A stretch of 29,998 nt of DNA, taken from positions 1-29,998 of the IMG/VR virus record IMGVR_UViG_3300020477_000716; one strand, written 5' to 3'. This document shows positions 8,590-17,037 of this stretch, piece by piece (within the stretch, counting starts at the first letter, position 1; each line of letters starts with the position of its first letter). Position numbers and translations under genes: made by a program. Source of the stretch: a virus (Duplodnaviria > Caudoviricetes). The notes beneath the pieces are model-generated. The model worked only from the letters and a program-made list of their open reading frames with translations. It was not told the DNA's origin and did no database searches.

Positions 8590-9744
8590 ATGGCGTACCA
8601 AATCGCATCTGACCTTGCGAACGTCTCGTCTGTGCGAGACAGCAGCGACTATCTTGACCTGATCGTCTCGACGTTGAAGAACTTCGAGAAGCTGACGTGG
8701 ACGGACCTCGTGCCGTCTCTCCAGAAACACACTGCGATGCCCGAACTGCTTCGGAAGAAGCGGGTCGAGTTCGGCAGTGGCTACGGTCACCAGTTCAACG
8801 TCCGCCTGTACAGCAACAATGCTGCACGGAACGTGAAGTTGAATGAAGAAGACAACCCGACGACCGCCGACGTGCTTGACACGGGGCAGGTTGGGTGGCG
8901 TCACAGTGAGACGCACTGGGCCATCGAAGAGCGGATCATTGCGATGAACCGTGAACCGGCCCGTCTTGTTGACCTGTTGAAGGTTTCGCGTATCGACGCG
9001 ATGACCTCGTTGGCCGAGTTGATGGAGAATAACTTCTGGGGCGAACCCCCGGCCAGTTCTGACGAAGTCAAACCTCTCGGAATCAAGTACTGGATCTCCA
9101 AGGACAGTGGGGAAACCAGCATCGACGGTCCTCCGGCGACTGCTGGCTTCAAGGGCGATTTGCCCGTCAAGGACGACAACACCGACTTGGGTCACACCAA
9201 GGTTGGTGGTCTTGCCCCCAGTGTTGCCGAGAATGGCGTCAATGACGACAGTAAGTGGCGCAACTGGGTCGGCAAGTACACGAATGTCTCAAAGAGCGAT
9301 CTCATCCGCAAGATGAGGGAAGCATCTGTGAAGACGTTCTTCAAGCCGCCCGTCGATGGACCTTTCTCCAACAAGAGTGTTGACCATGCGTACTACACCA
9401 CGTACGCAGTCATCTCCAAGATGGAGGAAATTTTGGAATCGCAAAACGATAATCTGGGCAACGATGTAGCGAGCAAGGACGGCCTTGTGCAGTTCCGTCG
9501 CAACCCCGTTATCTGGGTTCCGAAGATTGATGACGACGTGTACTCGGGTACTAGTAAGATTGATGCCGTGTACGGCGTGAACTGGAACAACTTCAAGCCA
9601 GTGTTCCTCCGTGGGGAATACATGAAGGAATCCAGAGTCTCCCCGCACCCCCTGCATCACCGTACTATTACCCAGTATGTTGACTGCACCTATAACTTCT
9701 TCTGTAACGACCGACGTAGCCAATTTGTGTTGGCTAAGGGTTAG
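8590..9744 (+). CDS. Major capsid protein (HK97 fold expected)
   Basis: 384 aa after the scaffold and followed by a strong hairpin. Helix RLVDLLKVSRIDAMTSLAELMENNFWG, P-domain-like FRRNPVIWVP...VYGVNWN, and C-terminal CNDRRSQFVL. Confidence 0.85.
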   Translation: MAYQIASDLANVSSVRDSSDYLDLIVSTLKNFEKLTWTDLVPSLQKHTAMPELLRKKRVEFGSGYGHQFNVRLYSNNAARNVKLNEEDNPTTADVLDTGQVGWRHSETHWAIEERIIAMNREPARLVDLLKVSRIDAMTSLAELMENNFWGEPPASSDEVKPLGIKYWISKDSGETSIDGPPATAGFKGDLPVKDDNTDLGHTKVGGLAPSVAENGVNDDSKWRNWVGKYTNVSKSDLIRKMREASVKTFFKPPVDGPFSNKSVDHAYYTTYAVISKMEEILESQNDNLGNDVASKDGLVQFRRNPVIWVPKIDDDVYSGTSKIDAVYGVNWNNFKPVFLRGEYMKESRVSPHPLHHRTITQYVDCTYNFFCNDRRSQFVLAKG

Positions 9745-9761
9745 GAGAAGAGAAACTTTTT

Positions 9762-9807
9762 AGGCCCCCGCCATAGCCATCTCTGCCATGCGTGGCGGGG
9801 GCCTTTT
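9762..9807 (+). terminator. GC-rich hairpin after the capsid gene (terminator or mRNA stabiliser)
   Basis: Perfect 12-bp stem AGGCCCCCGCCA (9762-9773) / TGGCGGGGGCCT (9793-9804), 19-nt loop, short T run to 9807. Confidence 0.65.
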
Positions 9808-9845
9808 GAAGTTGGCAGACTCATAACACAGAAAGAGAGAAAGCT

Positions 9846-10637
9846 ATGCCCTCAAACCTTCCCCACAACCCGACAACGACGGCCCACGACGTACACAGGC
9901 TGGACCCGCTGCTGTTCGGGAAATTCCCCATCAAGAACATGGCAATCGCTTCCGGTGGCGACCTCCTTGCTATTGGAGACTCGTTCAAGGAGGTCCTTGC
10001 CGCAGCCGCCGGTTCTACTGATCGCGTTATTGCAGAGGGAACCCTCTCACACCACGCGACAAACGGACTGACGATGACGGCGGGTTCCAGTGCCAATAAT
10101 GCGGCTGTGATATCCAGCCTTAACAAGTTCCCTCTGGGCGGGAACCGTTTTGCGGTTCAGTGTTCAATCAACATTGACAGCATCGCCGACAACGACAACG
10201 CAGTGTTCATCGGCTTCGCCAACGCTGGACGCGATGGCGACGCCCTTGTCGACTTCGACGCCAGTCCGACCCCCGACGTAGAAATCACACTGGCTGCCGG
10301 TTCCTTCGGACTGTGGATTCCTGCGGACAGCGGGGGTTCTGGGAGCCTTTACTTTGCCGAGAGAAAGGATGGAAGCGACGACCTCGCCGACATCTCCACC
10401 ACCGACACTGGTGTTGATGCCGTAGCTGGCACAGCCCTCAAGGTTGGGATGTTGTGTGACGGCTCTGTAATCAAGGTGTATGCAGGCGTTGATAGTGACG
10501 GCATCCTTGTCAAGAAGCTGGAAGTGTCCTACCCAGCCGTTGCTCAGGGATACTTCGTGGCCATGACTAAGGCCCAGTCAACCGGCGCGCCAGTCCTCAG
10601 CCTTGGCAAGCTCCTCGCCGCAGGAGTCGTTCAGTAA
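9846..10637 (+). CDS. Probable capsid decoration / minor head protein (beta-rich)
   Basis: 263 aa, Ala/Gly/Asp-rich with alternating beta-strand patterns. Lies between the capsid gene and a strong terminator, which suggests co-expression at high copy. Function is inference. Confidence 0.5.
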   Translation: MPSNLPHNPTTTAHDVHRLDPLLFGKFPIKNMAIASGGDLLAIGDSFKEVLAAAAGSTDRVIAEGTLSHHATNGLTMTAGSSANNAAVISSLNKFPLGGNRFAVQCSINIDSIADNDNAVFIGFANAGRDGDALVDFDASPTPDVEITLAAGSFGLWIPADSGGSGSLYFAERKDGSDDLADISTTDTGVDAVAGTALKVGMLCDGSVIKVYAGVDSDGILVKKLEVSYPAVAQGYFVAMTKAQSTGAPVLSLGKLLAAGVVQ

Positions 10638-10666
10638 AGCCCAAGGGATTCGCCTCCCTTTCAGCC

Positions 10667-10711
10667 CGTACGGGGTTGGGGTTTCCCGCAACCCCAGCCC
10701 CGTACGTTTTT
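10667..10711 (+). terminator. Intrinsic (rho-independent) terminator
   Basis: 17-bp stem CGTACGGGGTTGGGGTT / AACCCCAGCCCCGTACG (one G-U pair), 6-nt loop, then T5 (10707-10711). A small hairpin AAGGGA/TCCCTT (10643-10660) precedes it. Confidence 0.85.
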
Positions 10712-10726
10712 ACATAGGGGTCATAG

Positions 10727-11773
10727 ATGGCAGAGCCTTCACTCTCGATGGACTTCGACGAGCTAAAGTCTCAGGTGGCATTCCACCTGTACGGCGGCAC
10801 CCTAGACCCAACCACCCCAAACACTACGTTCGACCTTCTGGACAGTGCGGAGAAGGAGGTCGCGAAGTCGGTCGTGCGGTCTGGCCTTCGCCAGTTCTAC
10901 AACCCGCCGCCGATCCGCCAGCGTAAAGCCCACAAGTGGTCCTTCTTGGACAAGACGGACAACCTCGTGCTGAGTGCGCCGATCACGGCAGGTACGGTCA
11001 CGTACACGGACAGCCCGAACAGGCACGCCGTTTTCACGACGGAACACGGGCTGACAGATTCCACCGCCCCCAACTACAAGCTTGAGATGAACGGGGTCAG
11101 CTACTCCATTGAGTCGGAGCATAACGCGACCACTCTGGTCCTGCACGCTGACGACAACCCCGGCGCGAACGTCGCTGCCCTCACAACCTACCGCCTCCAC
11201 CAAGACGACTACACGCTCCCCGACGACTTCGGTCGCCTGATCGCCCCGCTGACCTACGTCGAGAAGGAGAACGCTTGGTACTCAGTCGAGATCGTGGGCG
11301 AGGGCCGGATCAGGGAGCTTCGCCAGCGGGACTACATCGGGACCAACGGATCGAAGCCTCAGGTCGCCGCCATCCGCACGAAGAACGCCGGAATCGAGAC
11401 AGGGACCCGCAGGGAGATCATGTTCTGGCCAGCCGTTTCTGGGGCCTATGTACTGAAGATGCAGTACAGGGTCAGGCCGCAGGACAACCTCGACGGCACT
11501 GACATTCCCTATGGTGGAACTGACCACGCCGAGACTATACTGTACTCTTGCCTAGCAGAGGCAGAGCGCAGGCTGGACGAGGCACAGGGGGTTTACTACC
11601 AGAGGTTCATTGAGTCTCTGGCTTCTTCTATTGACCTAGACAGCCGCATGAGCGGCCCTCACACACTAGGTTACAATTCAGATAGATCCGATGTAGGATC
11701 TGTCATGGGACGGGAATACCTGTTCGGTTCCCGCATCCGTCACAAGAACATCTCTGGGACATTTACTGATTAG
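10727..11773 (+). CDS. Head-tail adaptor (tail tubular protein A / P22 gp4-like position) with an inserted beta domain
   Basis: N-terminal helices (FDELKSQVA...AKSVVRSGLRQF...HKWSFL), YTLPDDF, MFWPA and C-terminal HAETILYSCLAEAE...YYQRF helices. This pattern is typical of podoviral adaptors. First gene after the head module. Confidence 0.7.
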   Translation: MAEPSLSMDFDELKSQVAFHLYGGTLDPTTPNTTFDLLDSAEKEVAKSVVRSGLRQFYNPPPIRQRKAHKWSFLDKTDNLVLSAPITAGTVTYTDSPNRHAVFTTEHGLTDSTAPNYKLEMNGVSYSIESEHNATTLVLHADDNPGANVAALTTYRLHQDDYTLPDDFGRLIAPLTYVEKENAWYSVEIVGEGRIRELRQRDYIGTNGSKPQVAAIRTKNAGIETGTRREIMFWPAVSGAYVLKMQYRVRPQDNLDGTDIPYGGTDHAETILYSCLAEAERRLDEAQGVYYQRFIESLASSIDLDSRMSGPHTLGYNSDRSDVGSVMGREYLFGSRIRHKNISGTFTD

Positions 11774-11783
11774 GGAGAGACTG

Positions 11784-12008
11784 ATGGCCGTTACACAAAG
11801 ATTGCAGGATGCTAGTGGGATCATTGCTGCGGACGAGATCGGGGACACCGTTTTCCTCGTTGGGGATGGCGCGCCCACGAACGGCCTCGGGTTTGCGCCG
11901 GGGTGCATCTACCTCCGTTCAGACGGCAGCGGCACGACAAACTTGTTGTATGTGAACACCGCCGCTCGTGGCGTAGCCAGCACGTTCACATCCCTGACCA
12001 TCAACTAG
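11784..12008 (+). CDS. 74-aa accessory virion protein resembling a single fibre module
   Basis: GGGAG RBS. Motif VGDGAPT...APGCIYLRSDGSGTTNLLYVN resembles the G-x-G-x-P...G-x-x-Y-L-R-x-D-G...L-Y module seen in phage fibres. Confidence 0.65.
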   Translation: MAVTQRLQDASGIIAADEIGDTVFLVGDGAPTNGLGFAPGCIYLRSDGSGTTNLLYVNTAARGVASTFTSLTIN

Positions 12009-12026
12009 CCGCAGAGGAGCCTGACA

Positions 12027-12350
12027 ATGACAGCTATCCTTAGGGATGCCACGTCAGTCACCGTGCTGTGTTCGGACGCAGTGGCTGACTCGGAGTCTTT
12101 CGACTTCCGAGACTTCTCAAGCGGCACTTTTCTTTTCGGAAACGCACCGGGGACCACGGAGATTCACGTGTCGCAAGACGACGTGACTTACTTCAAGCTG
12201 GTGGGTCAAACCGGCGACGACGTGACTATAACAAACGCTGGGGCCAACGAAGCCGTCTCGTTCCCCGACGAACTGTTCTCTGCACACTACGTGAAGCTCA
12301 AGACCTCCGACGGTACCGATAGAAACGTCACGGTCCTCCTGAAAGGCTAA
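12027..12350 (+). CDS. Small beta-rich putative virion protein
   Basis: GAGGAG RBS; 107 aa; strand pattern EIHVSQDDVTYF...AHYVKLK suggests a small beta-sandwich. Confidence 0.65.
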   Translation: MTAILRDATSVTVLCSDAVADSESFDFRDFSSGTFLFGNAPGTTEIHVSQDDVTYFKLVGQTGDDVTITNAGANEAVSFPDELFSAHYVKLKTSDGTDRNVTVLLKG

Positions 12351-12352
12351 CG

Positions 12353-13003
12353 ATGTCTAAGCGGGCTATCTTCCTTGGTGGCAAGCGGTCGTCAGCGTCT
12401 GGTGGCACTACCACGTATGAAGTAAATGCCTTCGACGACTGGGGTGTTGACGAGGGGTTAGATCCGCTTGCACCGATGGAAGATCCCGAACCGACTTTCG
12501 TGGCAACCCCAGCAGCCGGTGATGGTCGGATCGGGTCGGCCTCTACCGGAACGGGATACGCCACGTATGCGATGATGTTCGTCCTCGACGTGGCGTCATC
12601 AGCCACGATCTCATCGGCAACCCTTACCGTGAAAACGGCCAGCGACTCTGGAACCAGCGCAACTTGGTTGTTGAAAATCCAAGATGCGGACAACACGTCC
12701 CAGCCGGTCAACGCCGCAGCGGCTACGTCAGTCGTGGACAGATGCGAAGAAGATGATTGGTCGTTATCTGGTGTAACACCCAGTTCTCAAGCCGAGACCT
12801 ATACGATAGACGTGAAGACTGAGATTGAGGCGGTGATCGCCAGAGGAGGTTGGTCTTCGGGAAACAACATCACCCTGCTCCTGTCGGGTCCGGTTGAAGA
12901 CAACATGGGAACTTGTACAGGGTCGGGTGATGATGACCTCTCTGACGTGGAAACCGTAGCCTCTAGCTCTGGGAAGCCAAAACTTACCGTCGTGTATACA
13001 TAG
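12353..13003 (+). CDS. Beta-sandwich accessory protein, DNRLRE/CBM96-like pattern
   Basis: MMFVLDVASSATISSATLTV...YTIDVKTEIEAVIARGGWSSGNNITLLL...PKLTVVY matches by eye the ATISSATL / DVT-V / PKLVV-Y signature of DNRLRE-type domains. Short basic N-terminal tail. Confidence 0.55.
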   Translation: MSKRAIFLGGKRSSASGGTTTYEVNAFDDWGVDEGLDPLAPMEDPEPTFVATPAAGDGRIGSASTGTGYATYAMMFVLDVASSATISSATLTVKTASDSGTSATWLLKIQDADNTSQPVNAAAATSVVDRCEEDDWSLSGVTPSSQAETYTIDVKTEIEAVIARGGWSSGNNITLLLSGPVEDNMGTCTGSGDDDLSDVETVASSSGKPKLTVVYT

Positions 13004-13020
13004 CGGGATGGAGTTTATGG

Positions 13021-16000
13021 ATGGCGCGAAAACAAATCGACAAGGCTATCCCGTTTCCATACGAGGGTATCAAGGAGCTAGCGCCCTTTGAGGATCAACA
13101 GGCGAACTCCACCCCAAAGGCCCAGAACGTGCGGCCTTTCAACTGGCTGGGTTCGGATGCTGACAGGGGCCGCATGGGTGGTGGCCAGCGACCGGGGATC
13201 AGGAACTTCCACTCGGTAAATCGGACCCTAAAGTCCACCGCTTCAAGCTTCCAACACGGCAACAGCATCCAGTCCATCTGCCACATCTCCACATCGAACT
13301 TAGAGGAGATGTCTGGCTCAGACTTCCTGTCCGTGCGGTCAGCCAGCACCTCTCAGGTTATGGGCGTCAGTGCGTCGATAACCGACATAGGGGAAGCCGG
13401 GGTGATCCCAGATGGCCAGCAGATGGGCGGGTCGGGCGGTGTCATACACGGGACGAACTTCGACCTCGACGACAACCTGTTCGTTATAAGGTCCACCGAC
13501 GAATCCCCCGATGTCCTGACTGTCGAGAAGTGGGTCTTCACTGACGAGTTCGGGGATGAGATCACAGATCCCCCTGATGCAGTAAGGGACACGTGGACAA
13601 AGAGTTGGACAAGCACCGCAGTCAATTCTATTACAGCCACCAACGTAAGTTGGTTCCTGAACGGGAGCGTCATCTATGGGGACTACCTGTACCTGTGGGT
13701 GATCAACTGGGACAACACATCGTCCGGTAGGGCCACCGGATATGTAGCAGGGACAACAAGCCCCGCTGTTACCGAGCAGATCCTGCGTCTGGACCTCACC
13801 TCCACCGCAACAACACCCACACTGGAGGCGTGGATCGACAACTCGACAGACTCGGTCACCACCTCAACGACTATCGGCAAGAGGGGGTGGAAGTCTTGCG
13901 GTGTCAGGGTTGAGGGAAACGGACTCGCTGCAACCCGTGGCCGGTTGGTTCAGTTTACAGACTTCGGCTCGGGTACAGGGAACGGCGTACAGGTCATCCA
14001 GAGATCCATAGAGACAGGGGAGGTGATCCACATCACCGGCTCCGGTGCGTCGTTCGGTACCAGCGCCGGTTACCCGTGGGAGGTTTGCGCCGACACCAAG
14101 GGGAACATTTGGTGTGCCGCCTCTGAAAGCATAAACACCTCTGCGACACCTCGCCACGTCCTGTTTGTTGTTGATAGGGATGGTGCTGTAGTCCGTCTTG
14201 TCGAGGACATGGACCCAAGTGGCTGGGGTGGGGTTGGTGCTGGCCGGTCTGTGTCTTACGACGCCGTCAACGACAGGATGTATGTTGTCGGGCGTAGACA
14301 ACCTGAATTGGACAGGAACCTGTACCACTCCGCAGCCGACGTATCGACAAGCCACTTCCGCCGCTCCAGCTTCAGGGCATACCACGCCTCCGAAGCGAAG
14401 CTTGAGTTCGTACAACAGAACGTCGACTTCGACGACAGCAAGGGATATGGAGACAACTACCTCGGTGGGTTCGCAGCGGAGACGTTCCCCTTCTCCCTCA
14501 AGGACAAGGTGACAATCTCAACCACGGGTACTCTCCCCGCCCCGCTGTCGACAACCGCCACCTACTACATAAGAAACTTGGCGTTGTCCACAACGACGAA
14601 CACGTATTACTTCAAGCTGGCAACGGCGATGACCGGATCAACCCACGTTGACCTGACCAACGACGGCAGCGGGGACGGAACCCACACGCTCACGAGGGCG
14701 TTGGGTGAGGTGTGTCGCATCAAGGAAGGCGAAGCCTCGTCCGGTACGGCTGGTGCGGTTTACGAGTATGTCGTTCTGAACGGCGGGTCTGGTTACGACA
14801 GCGCTCCTACGATTACAGTCAGCACTGACGCAGGGGCCTCTGAAAATGCAGTGGCGGGTACGGTCACGATTGACCAAAGTGCCGGGTCGGGAGATCCGGG
14901 GACAATCACCGGAATTGCACTTGGGACTGCCGGGGCGGGGTACGAAGACGACCCCAAGATAACAATTACCGGCGGCAACGGGTCTGGAGCAGTAGCCATC
15001 GCACTGGTCAGGAGAGGGGAGGGGGACCCGATCAGCTTCACCCCACGTGGCATGGCGGAACTGACGTACGTCCGTGCCAAGACCAACGGGTCGGTTTACC
15101 TGTCCCACTCGGAGGCCCTCACAACCGCTGACAGACAGGTGAACCTTGGGGTTGTCAGGGTGGACAACATCAACCAAGCACACGCTGGGTCTGGGAGTGG
15201 CAATACGCTGATCGCCACCCATGCCGACAACAACAACCGGCTGTGCGACAAGATGGGAGTGGCCTCCAACTTCGCTCTGGATCAGGGAATCAAGAGGTCG
15301 ACCAGACAGACGGTGACCCTCGCTGTTGGCGGCGGGACTGTCCGCAGGGTTAACGACATCGCTTTCCCAAAGGTTCAAAACGGCGACAACGCATTGGCCA
15401 CGGATGTTCCGGTGATCCACGCCGTTCCCTATGGGTCTAGGATTTTCTTCGCGGACGGTCAGAACAGCAAGTATTACGACCACCCAGTCTCTCTTGGCGG
15501 GACCAGAGGTGAGGTAAAAAGCTGGTCGGACAACATACTGACCTACTCCCAGCAGGAGATAACAAACGACGGGCTGGTCAACGTCCGTGCCGGTAAACCG
15601 AAGGGGGTTTTCCCTGTCGATCCCACCGGGGGAACACCAAGGCTTATTGAGGTCTGGAACGGTCGGATTGTTCTGTCTGGGATTGCTGGCCTACCTGCCG
15701 AGTGGTACATGACCCGACAGCACAACCCGTTTGACTTCGACTACTCGGTGGAGCCTCAGGACTCACAGCAAGCGCAGGCATCAGTCGGCTCACCCGCTGG
15801 CGGTACTGCTGACAAGATCAACGCAATGATTCCGTTTGGGAACGATGTGCTGTTGTTTGGTTGCGACCATTCCCTGCTGCAACTTAGTGGTGACCCTGCG
15901 GCTGGTGCGCAGTTCGACTACCTGTCCACCACTATCGGGATGGCTTGGGGGCGACCGTGGTGCAAGTCGTCAGCCGGTGCGGCATACTTCTTCGGAAGCA

Positions 16001-17037
16001 TGGGGGGCGTGTACGTCGTCACCCCCAACCAGCCACCGAAGGACATTACCAACAGGTCGATCCGAGAGCGAACCTCAAAGATCAACATGTCCGAGAACAT
16101 CATCCGCTTGGCTTGGAACGAGCGGGAGCAGGGTGTTCATGTCTTCGTGTCGCCTATCAAGTCAACTCAAGACACCGAACACTATTACTTTGACACGAGG
16201 ACCGGCTCGTGGTGGATAGACAAGTTTGAGGCGAGGTGGGGTGGAACAGGACTCAATGCCAACATCTACCCCCACAACGCCGTGTCGGTTTACGAATTCG
16301 ACGGCGACGCCCCTGAGGATCGAACGCTTCTCTTGGGTGGACGGGACGGCTCGCTGTACAAGTGGGACCTGACGGCACAGTCGGACTACCTCGGGCAGTA
16401 CCAAACCCCGATCTCTTCTCACGTCTACTACGGCCCCCTCAACCTGTCCAACTCTCAGAAGGTGTCGCTAACGGGCATGAACTGCACCCTTGCCGAGGGT
16501 TCATCGAAGGTTGACTACGACGTGTTGGTCGGCAAGACGGCTGAGGAGATCGTGAACGCATCCGACGAGGCTCCTTTGACAAGGTTCAGCGGATCTTGGT
16601 CTGCTGGCAAGAACAACGTCGTGAGGGACAGGGCCATTGCCCACGACATCATGATCAAGGTCAAGTCTGACGCTGCGTCCACGACACTGGCGGCAGAATA
16701 CGACTTTGACGATGAAACTGCTGGAGGCTTTTGGAAAAAATGTCTCCAAGTGGTCAACGGCAGCACCACAGGTTTTGCGGCAGGAGACATAGTCGTCGTA
16801 ACCCACCAAAGCAGCCCAGAACTCAGGGAGGCTTTTACCATTGCCTCAGTCACCGACAATGTTGATTCGTCAACCCCAGATTTTTTGTCTGTCTCGGATG
16901 CTGGAACCAGAAACTACCCAGTCGGTTCCACTGTTGAACTGGTCGACAAGGACTGGGCGATTGAGAGACTTGGAATCACAATCGGCACCACTGGGCGACG
17001 TACGAGTCGGTGGCACTCCGTGGGGAGGAAAGCATAA
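13021..17037 (+). CDS. Tail nozzle / DNA-stabilisation protein (tail tubular B, P22 gp10-like beta-propeller) with large insertions
   Basis: 1338 aa. N-terminal AQNVRP...GGQRPG and C-half blades (YGSRIFFADG, WNGRIVLSG, INAMIPFGNDVLLFG, GAAYFFGSMGGVY, LLLGGRDGSLYKW). Positioned between adaptor and fibre. Confidence 0.72.
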   Translation: MARKQIDKAIPFPYEGIKELAPFEDQQANSTPKAQNVRPFNWLGSDADRGRMGGGQRPGIRNFHSVNRTLKSTASSFQHGNSIQSICHISTSNLEEMSGSDFLSVRSASTSQVMGVSASITDIGEAGVIPDGQQMGGSGGVIHGTNFDLDDNLFVIRSTDESPDVLTVEKWVFTDEFGDEITDPPDAVRDTWTKSWTSTAVNSITATNVSWFLNGSVIYGDYLYLWVINWDNTSSGRATGYVAGTTSPAVTEQILRLDLTSTATTPTLEAWIDNSTDSVTTSTTIGKRGWKSCGVRVEGNGLAATRGRLVQFTDFGSGTGNGVQVIQRSIETGEVIHITGSGASFGTSAGYPWEVCADTKGNIWCAASESINTSATPRHVLFVVDRDGAVVRLVEDMDPSGWGGVGAGRSVSYDAVNDRMYVVGRRQPELDRNLYHSAADVSTSHFRRSSFRAYHASEAKLEFVQQNVDFDDSKGYGDNYLGGFAAETFPFSLKDKVTISTTGTLPAPLSTTATYYIRNLALSTTTNTYYFKLATAMTGSTHVDLTNDGSGDGTHTLTRALGEVCRIKEGEASSGTAGAVYEYVVLNGGSGYDSAPTITVSTDAGASENAVAGTVTIDQSAGSGDPGTITGIALGTAGAGYEDDPKITITGGNGSGAVAIALVRRGEGDPISFTPRGMAELTYVRAKTNGSVYLSHSEALTTADRQVNLGVVRVDNINQAHAGSGSGNTLIATHADNNNRLCDKMGVASNFALDQGIKRSTRQTVTLAVGGGTVRRVNDIAFPKVQNGDNALATDVPVIHAVPYGSRIFFADGQNSKYYDHPVSLGGTRGEVKSWSDNILTYSQQEITNDGLVNVRAGKPKGVFPVDPTGGTPRLIEVWNGRIVLSGIAGLPAEWYMTRQHNPFDFDYSVEPQDSQQAQASVGSPAGGTADKINAMIPFGNDVLLFGCDHSLLQLSGDPAAGAQFDYLSTTIGMAWGRPWCKSSAGAAYFFGSMGGVYVVTPNQPPKDITNRSIRERTSKINMSENIIRLAWNEREQGVHVFVSPIKSTQDTEHYYFDTRTGSWWIDKFEARWGGTGLNANIYPHNAVSVYEFDGDAPEDRTLLLGGRDGSLYKWDLTAQSDYLGQYQTPISSHVYYGPLNLSNSQKVSLTGMNCTLAEGSSKVDYDVLVGKTAEEIVNASDEAPLTRFSGSWSAGKNNVVRDRAIAHDIMIKVKSDAASTTLAAEYDFDDETAGGFWKKCLQVVNGSTTGFAAGDIVVVTHQSSPELREAFTIASVTDNVDSSTPDFLSVSDAGTRNYPVGSTVELVDKDWAIERLGITIGTTGRRTSRWHSVGRKA

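Noticed and set aside
9720-9846. T7 gp10B-style -1 frameshift fusing the capsid to the downstream 263-aa gene, which is in the -1 frame
   Set aside because: The -1 frame has stops at 9735-9737 (TAA) and 9774-9776 (TAG), and there is no canonical slippery heptamer.
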